A stretch of 64,000 nt of DNA from Deltaproteobacteria bacterium (lineage in GTDB: Bacteria > Desulfobacterota > GWC2-55-46 > UBA9637). Location: the NCBI GenBank assembly GCA_016214995.1, contig JACRML010000058.1, positions 4,194 through 68,193 of the forward strand, in the 5' to 3' direction. The notes beneath the pieces were generated by a model, which saw nothing but the letters and a program-made list of their open reading frames with translations, made no database searches and was not told where the DNA came from. The position numbers were made by a program, and so were the translations under genes. This document shows, in pieces, positions 1-8,169 of this stretch (position 1 is the first letter of the stretch; each line of letters begins with the position of its first letter).

Positions 1-762
1 TTCTCTTATAAAAGACGAATGCGGCATAATTTCAAGGGTTAGGGCAATGGGGCTCTTAGTGTAAGGATTTATTAAAGATATGGCACCGTGGATATTGGCG
101 GAAAATTCTTTGTTGTCCAACCACAGATTTTTGACTTTTATTTTGCAATCTTTTAATTCAGCAGAAAAGGTTGCCTTTGCCTCTTCCCCAAAAGGAATAG
201 AGAAACCTGATATTTTAAACTTCCCAATATCTATATCTTTTCCTTCCATAGTAACAGTCCCGTAGGGACATTCCCCTTGCTGAAATGTTATCTTTATCTT
301 GCCGTTAAATCTTGCGGTTATGGCAGGAGCAGCTGATTCAGGATTAAGGGATGATATGGTTCCTGCATCTATGTTGTTTGCCCAAAGGTTTACATCAGTG
401 TTTTTACCTTTCAGCAGAATATCTCCGCTCAGGCTGCTCTGCCCCTTATTTCCTGCTACAACAATCTTGACCCTGCCCATGAAAAGATAGATTGGATTAA
501 ACTTAACTTGCAGTCTGTCCAGACTGAGGACGGGCTTCTCAAACAGCTCATGAGCAAACGACACCTGCCTCATCTCAATCCCAATGGGCGGTAATAATAG
601 CTTTTTAAATTCTTTTTCTGTGAAAACAAAACCAGTGGTCTCCTGCAGCTCTTTCTTTATTGCATCCTTTATAAAATCTTCAGGAATGGTTAATATCAAT
701 CCATAAAAGAATACAATAATTCCTGCTGCTGCCAGCGAAATAATCTTTATGTATTTCTTCAC
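1..762 (-). CDS. gspN: Type II secretion protein N-like; 3' end of the gene runs off the window start
   Basis: Minus-strand frame open from GTG at 760-762 (AAAGGA about 8 nt upstream) to position 1. It is absent from the ORF track because no stop lies in the window. It has an N-terminal TM helix (KKYIKIISLAAAGIIVFFYGLIL) and lies directly after gspM in a gspC-M cluster. Confidence 0.5.
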   Translation of the reverse strand, partial: MKKYIKIISLAAAGIIVFFYGLILTIPEDFIKDAIKKELQETTGFVFTEKEFKKLLLPPIGIEMRQVSFAHELFEKPVLSLDRLQVKFNPIYLFMGRVKIVVAGNKGQSSLSGDILLKGKNTDVNLWANNIDAGTISSLNPESAAPAITARFNGKIKITFQQGECPYGTVTMEGKDIDIGKFKISGFSIPFGEEAKATFSAELKDCKIKVKNLWLDNKEFSANIHGAISLINPYTKSPIALTLEIMPHSSFIRE

Positions 763-796
763 CTGTAAATCCTTTCACACCTCAGGCAGCTAACCA

Positions 797-900
797 GTAG
801 AAACAGACCTTTAGGTCTGTTACCCCCCCCCAAAAAATGCAACTGCATTTTGGGGGGGTATAAACGGGCTATCAAAACAGATCTGAAGACCTGCTTCCAC
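797..900. repeat. REPIN-like doublet of GTAG/GTGG-headed REP units flanking a G/C-clamped palindrome
   Basis: 797-822 reads GTAGAAACAGACCTTTAGGTCTGTTA. 875-900 is the reverse-oriented relative (GTGGAAGCAGGTCTTCAGATCTGTTT). Between them, 823-857 reads C9-AAAAAATGCAACTGCATTTT-G7, a near-perfect palindrome. Confidence 0.8.
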
Positions 901-933
901 AGCTCGTGATTTTTGGTAGAATTTTTCCCAATT

Positions 934-1491
934 TTATGGTGTCTTTTTTGTCAGGAAGATAATATGCATGGCTATATCTAATAGCGCTGGATTATCAAAA
1001 CGGGCATCTATGGAAATGCTTTTTATCAAAAGCAGGTTCTTATGATTCTCTATCTTATAGAGCAGGTTTACAAGCTGGTTGAGATTTATCCCGTTTACCT
1101 TTACCTCAACTCCGTTCTTCACATAACCCTCTTCTATTTTTTCCTCAACGGGTTTAAAAGATGAAATCTTGTCCTTGATGCCTATACCCCTGCCGATTTC
1201 CTGTATAATAGCGCCTGTTGACCCCTCTGTTTGCGGGGCATATATTTTCTTTTCAATTGTCTCCATCCCCGCCTTTTTCTTAAGCTTCAGATACTCTTCC
1301 CTGACATTATTAAATCTAATCAACTCCTGCTTCTTTAAAGACACCATTTTCTCTACGCTGCCTACCCATTTAACCGCTGCAACAACAGATATAATCAGCG
1401 CAAATACCACTGCTAATCCAGTCAGATAAAATGCAGTCTTATCGCGAAAATCATCAGCTATTTTTCCAATATTCATTGTTGTACGCCTCAA
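934..1491 (-). CDS. gspM: Type II secretion protein M-like
   Basis: 185-aa ORF with one N-terminal TM helix (FYLTGLAVVFALIISVVAAV) followed by a soluble domain. It sits between gspL and gspN. The call rests on size, topology and context only. Confidence 0.5.
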   Translation of the reverse strand: MRRTTMNIGKIADDFRDKTAFYLTGLAVVFALIISVVAAVKWVGSVEKMVSLKKQELIRFNNVREEYLKLKKKAGMETIEKKIYAPQTEGSTGAIIQEIGRGIGIKDKISSFKPVEEKIEEGYVKNGVEVKVNGINLNQLVNLLYKIENHKNLLLIKSISIDARFDNPALLDIAMHIIFLTKKTP

Positions 1492-1513
1492 AAAAGGATA
1501 TGCAAAAGATTAG

Positions 1514-1608
1514 CCCAAAAAATGCACTGGCATTTTCATCCCCCTTTGTGAGCCTATGGCTCGTGAGGGTTTGCCTCGAAAAATTAAAAGCAACTGCATT
1601 TTTCGGGG
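1514..1608. repeat. Two degenerate copies of the AAAATGCA-NN-TGCATTTT palindrome family plus a GAGCC/GGCTC hairpin
   Basis: The sequence reads CCCAAAAAATGCACTGGCATTTTCATCCCC, then CGAAAAATTAAAAGCAACTGCATTTTTCGGGG. It occupies the gspL-gspM intergenic region. Confidence 0.6.
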
Positions 1609-2940
1609 TTAAATGCCTTTATGAATAATTGAGAAGCTGAACGTAACCCCGCCTCCCGGCTTTGTTTTGATATCTGTCAGAGAGACTTCCTGCAAATAAG
1701 AAGCCTTCGCAATCGCATCCTTAAAACCGCCGGCTGCTTCAAACGAATCCGCTTCTCCCTTTGCAATTATCCTTCCCTCTTCCATGTGAATCTTATACAG
1801 TCTTATCCGTACGTGCTTATCAATACCTTTTGCCAACTCCTTCATTACCTCAAGCACAGGCATACCATCGGCAAAAACCTGATTTTCTTTTTTAAGCCCC
1901 TTTAGTTTGGCCTCAAGTTGATATAACGAGTCCACCACATTCGGCTCCCCTGGAAAGAGTCCGAGATAGCCTGCCTTCAACTCTTTCTCTATTTGAACAA
2001 GCTTGCTGCTAAACATCCTGTGCTTCAGATATGCGTTAGCCCCCCACAGGCAAAGCAAGATTGCGGCAAGAATTGCAGCCGCAACCATTCCTCTCTTGGC
2101 TGCGCGGACATCTTTTGCATAGGCGAACTCCCCTTTTCTGAAGTTTATAGTTTGCTTCAGGCCTTCTTCTTTAAGATATGCTGCCAATGCAATGATGCCT
2201 GTCCTTTCCGGATATTCATTTAACATTTGTCCCCAGTTCCGACTGGCTAACGGCAGCAATACATTCTCTTTGCCAGAAACAATATCTGATTTGTCACTTG
2301 CATTGCCGATGCTGTATATCTTTTCTACCTCTATCCCTTCAGTAAAAAGATTTGCGATGGCAAGCTTCAAATCCAGAGCATCTCTTAACTCGCTGAAGAG
2401 ATAAGGCTTCCCGTCTTTAGACACTACGACAGATTCTCTATCAATCAATGCTACTGCAGTGCCGTTGGCAGAAATGTCTTCTAAAAGTTTATGCTTTGAA
2501 AAAATGGCGGAGCCAATCCATGACGGGTCAACATCGGCCTTTTTCAAGATATCCAGATAGTACTGCAAGGTTTTTTTTCCCACAGATACTGCAAGAATCC
2601 TCTGCTCCCCAACAGGCATTGCCTCTATAAACATGTCATCTGTCTTTTCAGGAAGCAGTTCGCTGAGTTCAAACGACAGAACCTCTTTTACCTTTTTATC
2701 ATAAAAGGGCAGGGCAACGACTCTCATACTCACTTGACTGACAGGTATGCCTGCCATAATCATTGTAAAATCTTCATAGCCTTTTCCCCTGATATCCCGC
2801 AAAAGAGAAGAAAGCGCCATGCCAGCATCTCCGTCAATTTGAGAAGTAAAGAATGCCTCTGGTTCTACTTTTTTGGATGAAAATATTCCAGCGTTGACGG
2901 ATTCTCTGCCGAAATCCAGGATCAGAATATGCCTTGCCAT
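1609..2940 (-). CDS. gspL: Type II secretion protein L (PilM/GspL-type)
   Basis: 443 aa. It has an actin-like ATPase-fold N-terminus (ILILDFGRESVNAGIF), one central TM helix (VAAAILAAILLCLWGANAYL) and a periplasmic C-domain. Its start overlaps the gspK stop as TAATG. Confidence 0.7.
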   Translation of the reverse strand: MARHILILDFGRESVNAGIFSSKKVEPEAFFTSQIDGDAGMALSSLLRDIRGKGYEDFTMIMAGIPVSQVSMRVVALPFYDKKVKEVLSFELSELLPEKTDDMFIEAMPVGEQRILAVSVGKKTLQYYLDILKKADVDPSWIGSAIFSKHKLLEDISANGTAVALIDRESVVVSKDGKPYLFSELRDALDLKLAIANLFTEGIEVEKIYSIGNASDKSDIVSGKENVLLPLASRNWGQMLNEYPERTGIIALAAYLKEEGLKQTINFRKGEFAYAKDVRAAKRGMVAAAILAAILLCLWGANAYLKHRMFSSKLVQIEKELKAGYLGLFPGEPNVVDSLYQLEAKLKGLKKENQVFADGMPVLEVMKELAKGIDKHVRIRLYKIHMEEGRIIAKGEADSFEAAGGFKDAIAKASYLQEVSLTDIKTKPGGGVTFSFSIIHKGI

Positions 2941-3899
2941 TACCTCTCTCTCCAGAATAAAATCTTATGAGCCTGACCTGTCTGAACCACTGCCTCTACC
3001 TCCCTGAGAGTCCCTCCCACATCTGCCTTTGAGAATATCCTGAAAATATTGCTTTTTACAACAATCTTACCCTGAAGGCTGAAACCTATTGTCTCAAAAC
3101 CGGCCACCTTTCTTATGTCTGCAGTATCCTTGAAAGGATTTTCTCTTCTATAATCTAGGACCCTCTGCGCCATATCTTCAGTAATATCATCATGCATAGA
3201 CATTATAACCTCTTTTGGGGCAGTATTTATATTTATGGAGCCGTCAGTATATGTGGTTACAAAAGGAGTAAGTCTTTTATAAGTTGTTGCTGAATAGCCT
3301 TTTATCAATAACAATTCCTCAATGCTGTCCATCGGGCTGTTTTTTGCCGCATATGCAGAAGATAATCTCTGATAGTAATTATAGGTTTCTCCGCCCCCAG
3401 GCCTTATTTCATCATTAATATCTATCCAGTCTGCGGTAGTGTCTGATAGTTCTTTTCCCAATCCAAGATTTTCTAAAAGCCTTGAATAGATATTATAATA
3501 TTCGGTATTGGTTTCGCCATTACTATATACAATAGCGTTAAGAGACACCTTACCATGCTCATCTTCAGCCTTTACGACAAGCGCCTTATTCCCTTCTGCA
3601 AATACCTTGTAGGAGTTTTCTTCATTTAATGCGGTATACGACATGTTCTTCATTATAGCATCTAATCCCATGCCTGCAAATTCTACCCCCCCCTCGGCCA
3701 GAAGGCTTGCCCTCTGTGCGTCTCTGTAAGAGTTGGTCATTGATATGTGGATATGCACGGCGTAGACAATCTCCACTATAACAGCTACAAGGATGGCAGT
3801 TATCAAAAGGGTTATTACAAGGGCAAGACCTTGCTCCTGCTTTGCCCTTGTTGCAGGATAAAAGCTGCAAACAGATTTGACAAACCTTGTTTTTTCCAC
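2940..3899 (-). CDS. gspK: Type II secretion minor pseudopilin K
   Basis: It has the N-terminal hydrophobic segment QGLALVITLLITAILVAVIV and an ININTAPKEV motif typical of GspK. The ORF is open up to a TTG at 3950, but that extension lies inside a repeat palindrome. I place the start at the GTG at 3897-3899; the start is uncertain. Confidence 0.7.
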   Translation of the reverse strand: MEKTRFVKSVCSFYPATRAKQEQGLALVITLLITAILVAVIVEIVYAVHIHISMTNSYRDAQRASLLAEGGVEFAGMGLDAIMKNMSYTALNEENSYKVFAEGNKALVVKAEDEHGKVSLNAIVYSNGETNTEYYNIYSRLLENLGLGKELSDTTADWIDINDEIRPGGGETYNYYQRLSSAYAAKNSPMDSIEELLLIKGYSATTYKRLTPFVTTYTDGSININTAPKEVIMSMHDDITEDMAQRVLDYRRENPFKDTADIRKVAGFETIGFSLQGKIVVKSNIFRIFSKADVGGTLREVEAVVQTGQAHKILFWRER

Positions 3900-3909
3900 C
3901 TGAAAATGT

Positions 3910-4030
3910 AAATTCCAAATCTCAAATCCCAGGTTCCAAATAATATTCAATAACCAAAAATCAAAAAGCTGATTGTTGCGATTTGGTTATTGGAATTTAT
4001 TTGGTTACTGGTGTTTGGTAATCGGAATTT
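3910..4030. repeat. Imperfect 120-bp palindrome built of TTCCAAA/AACCAAA short-period units
   Basis: The left arm (AAATTCC...CCAAATAATATTCAATAACCAAAAATC) matches the reverse complement of the right arm (GATTTGGTTATTGGAATTTATTTGG...GGAATTT). It lies in the gspK-gspJ junction. Confidence 0.7.
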
Positions 4031-4041
4031 TTATCCTCCCT

Positions 4042-4698
4042 CTACCTTATTCTCGTTCTGACAATTGTTGAAAACTCCCTTACCTCACCCCTGTCTTTAA
4101 CGGCAATTACAACCCTCACAGCCTCAGGGAGTTTCTTTTCAAGGGAACTGTCCCATGTCTTTGCCCAATCCTTTCCGTTAAAATAGCTAACCTCAAAGCC
4201 TTCCACACCTTCAACAACCTCGGCACTGAGTCCATCTTTTCCGTCTCCGGTATATGGATTCCATGTCTTCTTATATAGCGTCAAAACCTCATCTGTATTT
4301 TCTTGAACAGAATACTGTACGGCTAAGAGGTCGCTGACCGGGTAGCCGCCCCGTATGAGAGGATATGTAAAGGCAGTAAATAGAACTTCACTAAAAGGTT
4401 TATTGTAGCTACCCTTTTTCCCACCGGCAAAGATGGTTCTGGAATTATTGTCTTTAAAAAAAGAGGACTGGATTTCCAGAGAAAAGATATCCAAAAACCG
4501 CCTGATTTCCCTCGTCCGCTCCAGTTCATTTTCTATCTTTTCCTGACTGCTCAGTACTGAAAAAAAACTTCCATAAAGGGCTGTGAGTACCACAGACATT
4601 ATTGAAACAGCAATCAGTAGTTCTAATAAAGTAAAACCATTATTAGCGGAATTTGAAATTTGAAATTTGAAATTTGAAATTTTATTTTTTAGTCTCAT
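4042..4698 (-). CDS. gspJ: Type II secretion minor pseudopilin J
   Basis: It carries the prepilin motif NNG|FTLLELLIAVSIMSVVL. Two ATG candidates exist, at 4722 and 4698. Either way the leader (21 or 29 aa) contains the heptamer-array peptide ISNFKFQISN. Confidence 0.65.
   Translation of the reverse strand: MRLKNKISNFKFQISNSANNGFTLLELLIAVSIMSVVLTALYGSFFSVLSSQEKIENELERTREIRRFLDIFSLEIQSSFFKDNNSRTIFAGGKKGSYNKPFSEVLFTAFTYPLIRGGYPVSDLLAVQYSVQENTDEVLTLYKKTWNPYTGDGKDGLSAEVVEGVEGFEVSYFNGKDWAKTWDSSLEKKLPEAVRVVIAVKDRGEVREFSTIVRTRIR
4651..4683. repeat. (ATTTGAA)n heptamer tandem array, about 4.5 units
   Basis: Reads ATTTGAAATTTGAAATTTGAAATTTGAAATTT. The same array recurs at 34501-34533. Confidence 0.9.
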
Positions 4699-5092
4699 AT
4701 GTTTCCAGGGTAATCCTTTCATCCCTTCCCCATGATACAGAAAGGTATACCTTTTTAAGGCCGCTTATCTGTGTATCTTCTGCATCATACTTCCATCGGA
4801 AATTTTCAAATTTAGGCGCAAAATCCCCTTCCTTGTCCTGAAGAATGCCGCCTGTCTTCATCTCCTCCAGTTTTTCCCTTGCCAGCATGGTCGCAATGGT
4901 CATGTCCCTGTCCCTTTCTATAATGCTTAAATGATAATTGAGGCTGCCTAAAATCGTTATAATCACTCCGGATAAAAGCGCAAGCGACACCATTATCTCC
5001 AGCAATGTAAAACCTTTTTCGGATTTCGGATCTGCCTGCGAAGTTATGACCCGAAAAATGCATTTAGTTTTTATTTTTCGGGTCAAACGCAA
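4682..5092 (-). CDS. gspI: Type II secretion minor pseudopilin I
   Basis: It carries the prepilin motif SEKG|FTLLEIMVSLALLSGVI. The ORF is open to the ATG at 5263 (83-aa leader) and reads through a structured insert. The nearest alternative starts are TTG at 5092 and 5086. The start is uncertain. Confidence 0.6.
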   Translation of the reverse strand: MRLTRKIKTKCIFRVITSQADPKSEKGFTLLEIMVSLALLSGVIITILGSLNYHLSIIERDRDMTIATMLAREKLEEMKTGGILQDKEGDFAPKFENFRWKYDAEDTQISGLKKVYLSVSWGRDERITLETYETKK

Positions 5093-5230
5093 GATTTGAG
5101 CCAAAGACAAGGAAAAGCTGGCTGGACAAAACGGAGCATACTGTTTTAAGTATGTGAGTATTTGGACAGTTAGCTTTGACGCAGTATTTGGCCAAAGATT
5201 GCGTTTGTAAGAAAATGTTATTGCATTTTC
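5048..5230. repeat. Structured insert between gspH and gspI
   Basis: Three elements are present. A hairpin GACCCGAAAAATGCA...TTTTTCGGGTC lies at 5048-5084. An inverted repeat pairs AAACGCAAGATTTGAGCCAAAG (5085-5106) with TTTGGCCAAAGATTGCGTTT (5187-5206). A palindrome GAAAATGTTATTGCATTTTC lies at 5211-5230. Confidence 0.7.
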
Positions 5231-5255
5231 TGGGATGATGCTCTGTATAAAATTT

Positions 5256-5816
5256 CTAAACATATCCCTTCAAAACCTTTACCTTGCCTGAATAGGGGTT
5301 ATAGCCAATTGTCAATAATCGCTGTCCCATTTTCAGATGAATGACAAAAGGTTCAGCCCCAACAATGGGGTTGAATACAACCGCCGCTTCTCCCTCGTTT
5401 ATACGTCCCAAGCTTGAAATGACAACATCTTCCATCTCCACCGATTTCTTCAGGGACAATCCTCTTAAAAGGGGCTCCTGCGATTTATTAAACTCAATCC
5501 CGTCTATAGAGGTTTCTATTTTAAACAACTCCTTTTCAGGATAGAACCAAACCCTGTAATATATTTTTTTTGCAGAGGCAGATTCCTCCAGATAACGCAG
5601 CAGGCCGGCCACGCGTCTGGCCTCTGCGTTAAGGGTATAATCTTCAAAGAAATGGATTTTTGGAAAAACGACAAGAAGGACCGTGCCAAGTATAGCTATT
5701 ACTGACAGAAGTTCTAAAAGGGTGAATCCTGTTTTTGAGTGTGAAAGCTGTAGAAACAGGCCTTTAGACCTGTTAATTCTTAAAATGTAGAAACAGGCCT
5801 TCAGGTCTGTTAACAT
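5256..5816 (-). CDS. gspH: Type II secretion minor pseudopilin H
   Basis: It carries the prepilin motif SKTG|FTLLELLSVIAILGTVLL. The closest canonical start upstream of the motif is the ATG at 5816 (the ORF is open to 5858). The resulting leader of about 34 aa is encoded by two REP units. Confidence 0.65.
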   Translation of the reverse strand: MLTDLKACFYILRINRSKGLFLQLSHSKTGFTLLELLSVIAILGTVLLVVFPKIHFFEDYTLNAEARRVAGLLRYLEESASAKKIYYRVWFYPEKELFKIETSIDGIEFNKSQEPLLRGLSLKKSVEMEDVVISSLGRINEGEAAVVFNPIVGAEPFVIHLKMGQRLLTIGYNPYSGKVKVLKGYV

Positions 5817-5840
5817 GGCTAAAGCTATGTTTCTACATTT
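5750..5840. repeat. Three GTAG-headed REP units (two direct, one inverted)
   Basis: 5750-5776 reads GTAGAAACAGGCCTTTAGACCTGTTAA. 5787-5813 reads GTAGAAACAGGCCTTCAGGTCTGTTAA. 5814-5840 is a reverse-oriented variant, GTAGAAACATAGCTTTAGCCATGTT. Confidence 0.85.
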
Positions 5841-5894
5841 TCTTGTAAATATGTTCATATAATTCTATCGTAGGCAATTTCCAGCGTGAACTGT

Positions 5895-6362
5895 TTATTC
5901 AATATCCCAATTGCCGATATCTGCATCAAACTTTTCTCCGCCCCTTATGCCGTCTGCGCCGTAAGAAAAAAGGTCATAATCGCCGTGAAGACCTGGAGAT
6001 ATATAAACATATTCTTTCCCCCAGGGGTCTAACGGCACCTTTCTCTTTTCAAGATAACCGCCGTCCCTCCAGCTTTTTGGGATAATGCCAGCCGCAGGTT
6101 TCTCCACCAATGCCATCAGCCCCTGCTCTGTGGACGGATACTGTCCGTTGTCCAGCTTATACATCTTGATTGCGATTTCCAGATTCTTAATCTGCACCTT
6201 TGCCTCTGTAACCTTCGCCTCATCTGCTCTGCCAAGTATTCTCGGTCCGATAATGGCGGCCAGTATACCGAGGATGACAATAACTACCATAAGTTCAATG
6301 AGAGTAAAGCCCCTGCGGCTTTTAATATCAAAATTAAGATATTTGCATCTTAAATCCCGCAT
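5895..6362 (-). CDS. gspG: Type II secretion major pseudopilin G
   Basis: It has the prepilin motif RRG|FTLIELMVVIVILGILAAII. The conserved GspG body is present (KVQIKNLEIAIKMYKLDNGQYPSTEQGL...DPWGKEYVYISPG...SYGADG). Confidence 0.9.
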   Translation of the reverse strand: MRDLRCKYLNFDIKSRRGFTLIELMVVIVILGILAAIIGPRILGRADEAKVTEAKVQIKNLEIAIKMYKLDNGQYPSTEQGLMALVEKPAAGIIPKSWRDGGYLEKRKVPLDPWGKEYVYISPGLHGDYDLFSYGADGIRGGEKFDADIGNWDIE

Positions 6363-6469
6363 TATTTTTAAACCTCCTTTTCTACACTTACTTATTGCCT
6401 TTATAGTGAATAACTTAAATAAGTTGACATGGTATTAAGAAATCTTAAATTCTAACCCGGACAAGCCGG

Positions 6470-6617
6470 AAATGACAAATGTTAAAGCTCAAAGTTCAAA
6501 TGAAATCCAAATTTCAAATTACTAAATTTTTGACATTGGGATTTTGACATTCATTTGACATTTGGATTTTGAAATTTGAACTTTATTTGTAATTTGGATT
6601 TTGTCATTTGACATTTC
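6470..6617. repeat. A/T-rich short-period arrays (TTTGACA/TTTGAAA units) in both orientations
   Basis: GAAATGACAAATG, AGTTCAAATG and AAATCCAAATT recur as reverse complements on the right side. TTTGACAT repeats three times in the centre. It lies in the gspG-gspF intergenic region. Confidence 0.65.
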
Positions 6618-6677
6618 TTGAAAATCTTTTCCATTTTACGCAAAATTTCATTTGTAAGATATTGTAGTATAACAGGA

Positions 6678-7892
6678 TTATCTCACTATCTGGTTCAGTT
6701 CAAATATAGGGAGAAGGATTGCCAACACCATAAAACCAACAATCAAACCCATTGCCAATATCAGGAAAGGCTCCAATAAAGAAAGGGTTCTTGCAACTGC
6801 TGTTTCAAAATCCTTTTCGTATGCGCTTGCGGCAGAAAGAAGCAGGATGTCCAGTTTTCCGCTCTTCTCGCCTATTGCGACCATATGCGTCAAAAGGCCG
6901 GGGATAAGGACGGAGCCCTTCAGACTCCCTGAAAGCGGTGCGCCTTCCGTAACATCTGCTATAGCTTTATTTAAAACATCTTCAAATGCCGCATGGCCTA
7001 AAGCCCTTTTGGTCATATTCATTGCCTTGAGAATAGGGACGCCGCTTTCCAGAAGGCTTCCGAGTGTTCTTGCAAAACTGGCGATGTAAAACTTGCCCAA
7101 AACTTCTCCGACCAATGGAAGCCTTAAGACAGCCCTGTCCTTAAATGCCTTAACTGACGGTCTTTTTACAAGCCGGCTAAACCCCAAAATGGATGCCACT
7201 GTAACTGCAATCATAATAGGCCAGTAGTTTCTGAAAAAATCTGCGACCGTAAGAAGAATTACCGTAATTAGCGGCATCGCCTGTTTAGTGTCTTCAAATA
7301 TCTTTGTTATCTTAGGGATTACGAATATAAAAAGAAATGACAAGACACCGAAACCCACTATGGTCATTATGGCTGGATAAATAAGGGCTGTCTTTATCTG
7401 CGCCTGAATCTTTGCACTTGACTCCAGATATTCCGCAAGCCTTTTAAGGACATTATCAAGAGTACCGCTTGCCTCTCCTGCCTCTACCATCCTCCGATAT
7501 ACATCCGGAAATATCTCAGGATGCTCGTCCATTGCTCCGGACAGGGAACTTCCCTCGGATATTCGCTCTCTTACCCTGATGACGGCATCTCTTAAATATC
7601 TGTTCTCCTCTTCACCTATTAGAACCGATAATGCGTCAGAAAGGGCGGCGCCTGATGCGAGAAGTGTTGAAAGGTGGGTAGTTGCTGCGGCAAGTTCGGG
7701 TAATGAGGTGCGGCGGCTCAGCAATCTTAAGATTGCAAACCGCTCAGATTTTTTAGTTGGCGCGGATATTTCTTTTGGATACAGGCCATCCTTCTTAAGC
7801 ATCTGGAGGGCGTTTTTGTTGCTTATGGCCTCAACCTCTCCGGATACCTCTTTGCCAGCAGCATTATAGGCCTTGTATTGGAAGATCGGCAT
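6678..7892 (-). CDS. gspF: Type II secretion inner-membrane platform protein F
   Basis: 404 aa. It has the typical N-terminus MPIFQYKAYNAAGKEVSGEVEA, two GspF repeats and three TM segments. Confidence 0.9.
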   Translation of the reverse strand: MPIFQYKAYNAAGKEVSGEVEAISNKNALQMLKKDGLYPKEISAPTKKSERFAILRLLSRRTSLPELAAATTHLSTLLASGAALSDALSVLIGEEENRYLRDAVIRVRERISEGSSLSGAMDEHPEIFPDVYRRMVEAGEASGTLDNVLKRLAEYLESSAKIQAQIKTALIYPAIMTIVGFGVLSFLFIFVIPKITKIFEDTKQAMPLITVILLTVADFFRNYWPIMIAVTVASILGFSRLVKRPSVKAFKDRAVLRLPLVGEVLGKFYIASFARTLGSLLESGVPILKAMNMTKRALGHAAFEDVLNKAIADVTEGAPLSGSLKGSVLIPGLLTHMVAIGEKSGKLDILLLSAASAYEKDFETAVARTLSLLEPFLILAMGLIVGFMVLAILLPIFELNQIVR

Positions 7893-7910
7893 AAATTTCG
7901 TGCGCTAATT

Positions 7911-7967
7911 GCAGAAACATAGCTTTAGCTATATTGGTTTTAACAGGCCTACATGCCTGTTTCTGCA
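7911..7967. repeat. Inverted pair of REP type-1 units
   Basis: GCAGAAACATAGCTTTAGCTATATTGG is followed by TTAACAGGCCTACATGCCTGTTTCTGC, which is the reverse orientation. It lies in the gspF-gspE intergenic region. Confidence 0.8.
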
Positions 7968-8169
7968 ATTCTAACAGTTTGTTGAAAAACTCAACAAACT
8001 CTGATTGCACAGATAAAAGATTAGATTTCACAGATTAAAACCCATTGAAATATCTGTGTAATCGTTTTTCCTAATCTGTGTAATCAAGGCTGTTGATGCC
8101 TTTTTCAACAGCCTGCTAAATAGTTAATCGTGGAAACACGGTTTCAGCCGTGTCATTTCAGTCTGCAAT

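Noticed and set aside
80-490. Two plus-strand ORFs (61 and 63 aa) at the window start
   Set aside because: They are antisense to a much longer coherent minus-strand frame with gspN-like features. They have no motifs.
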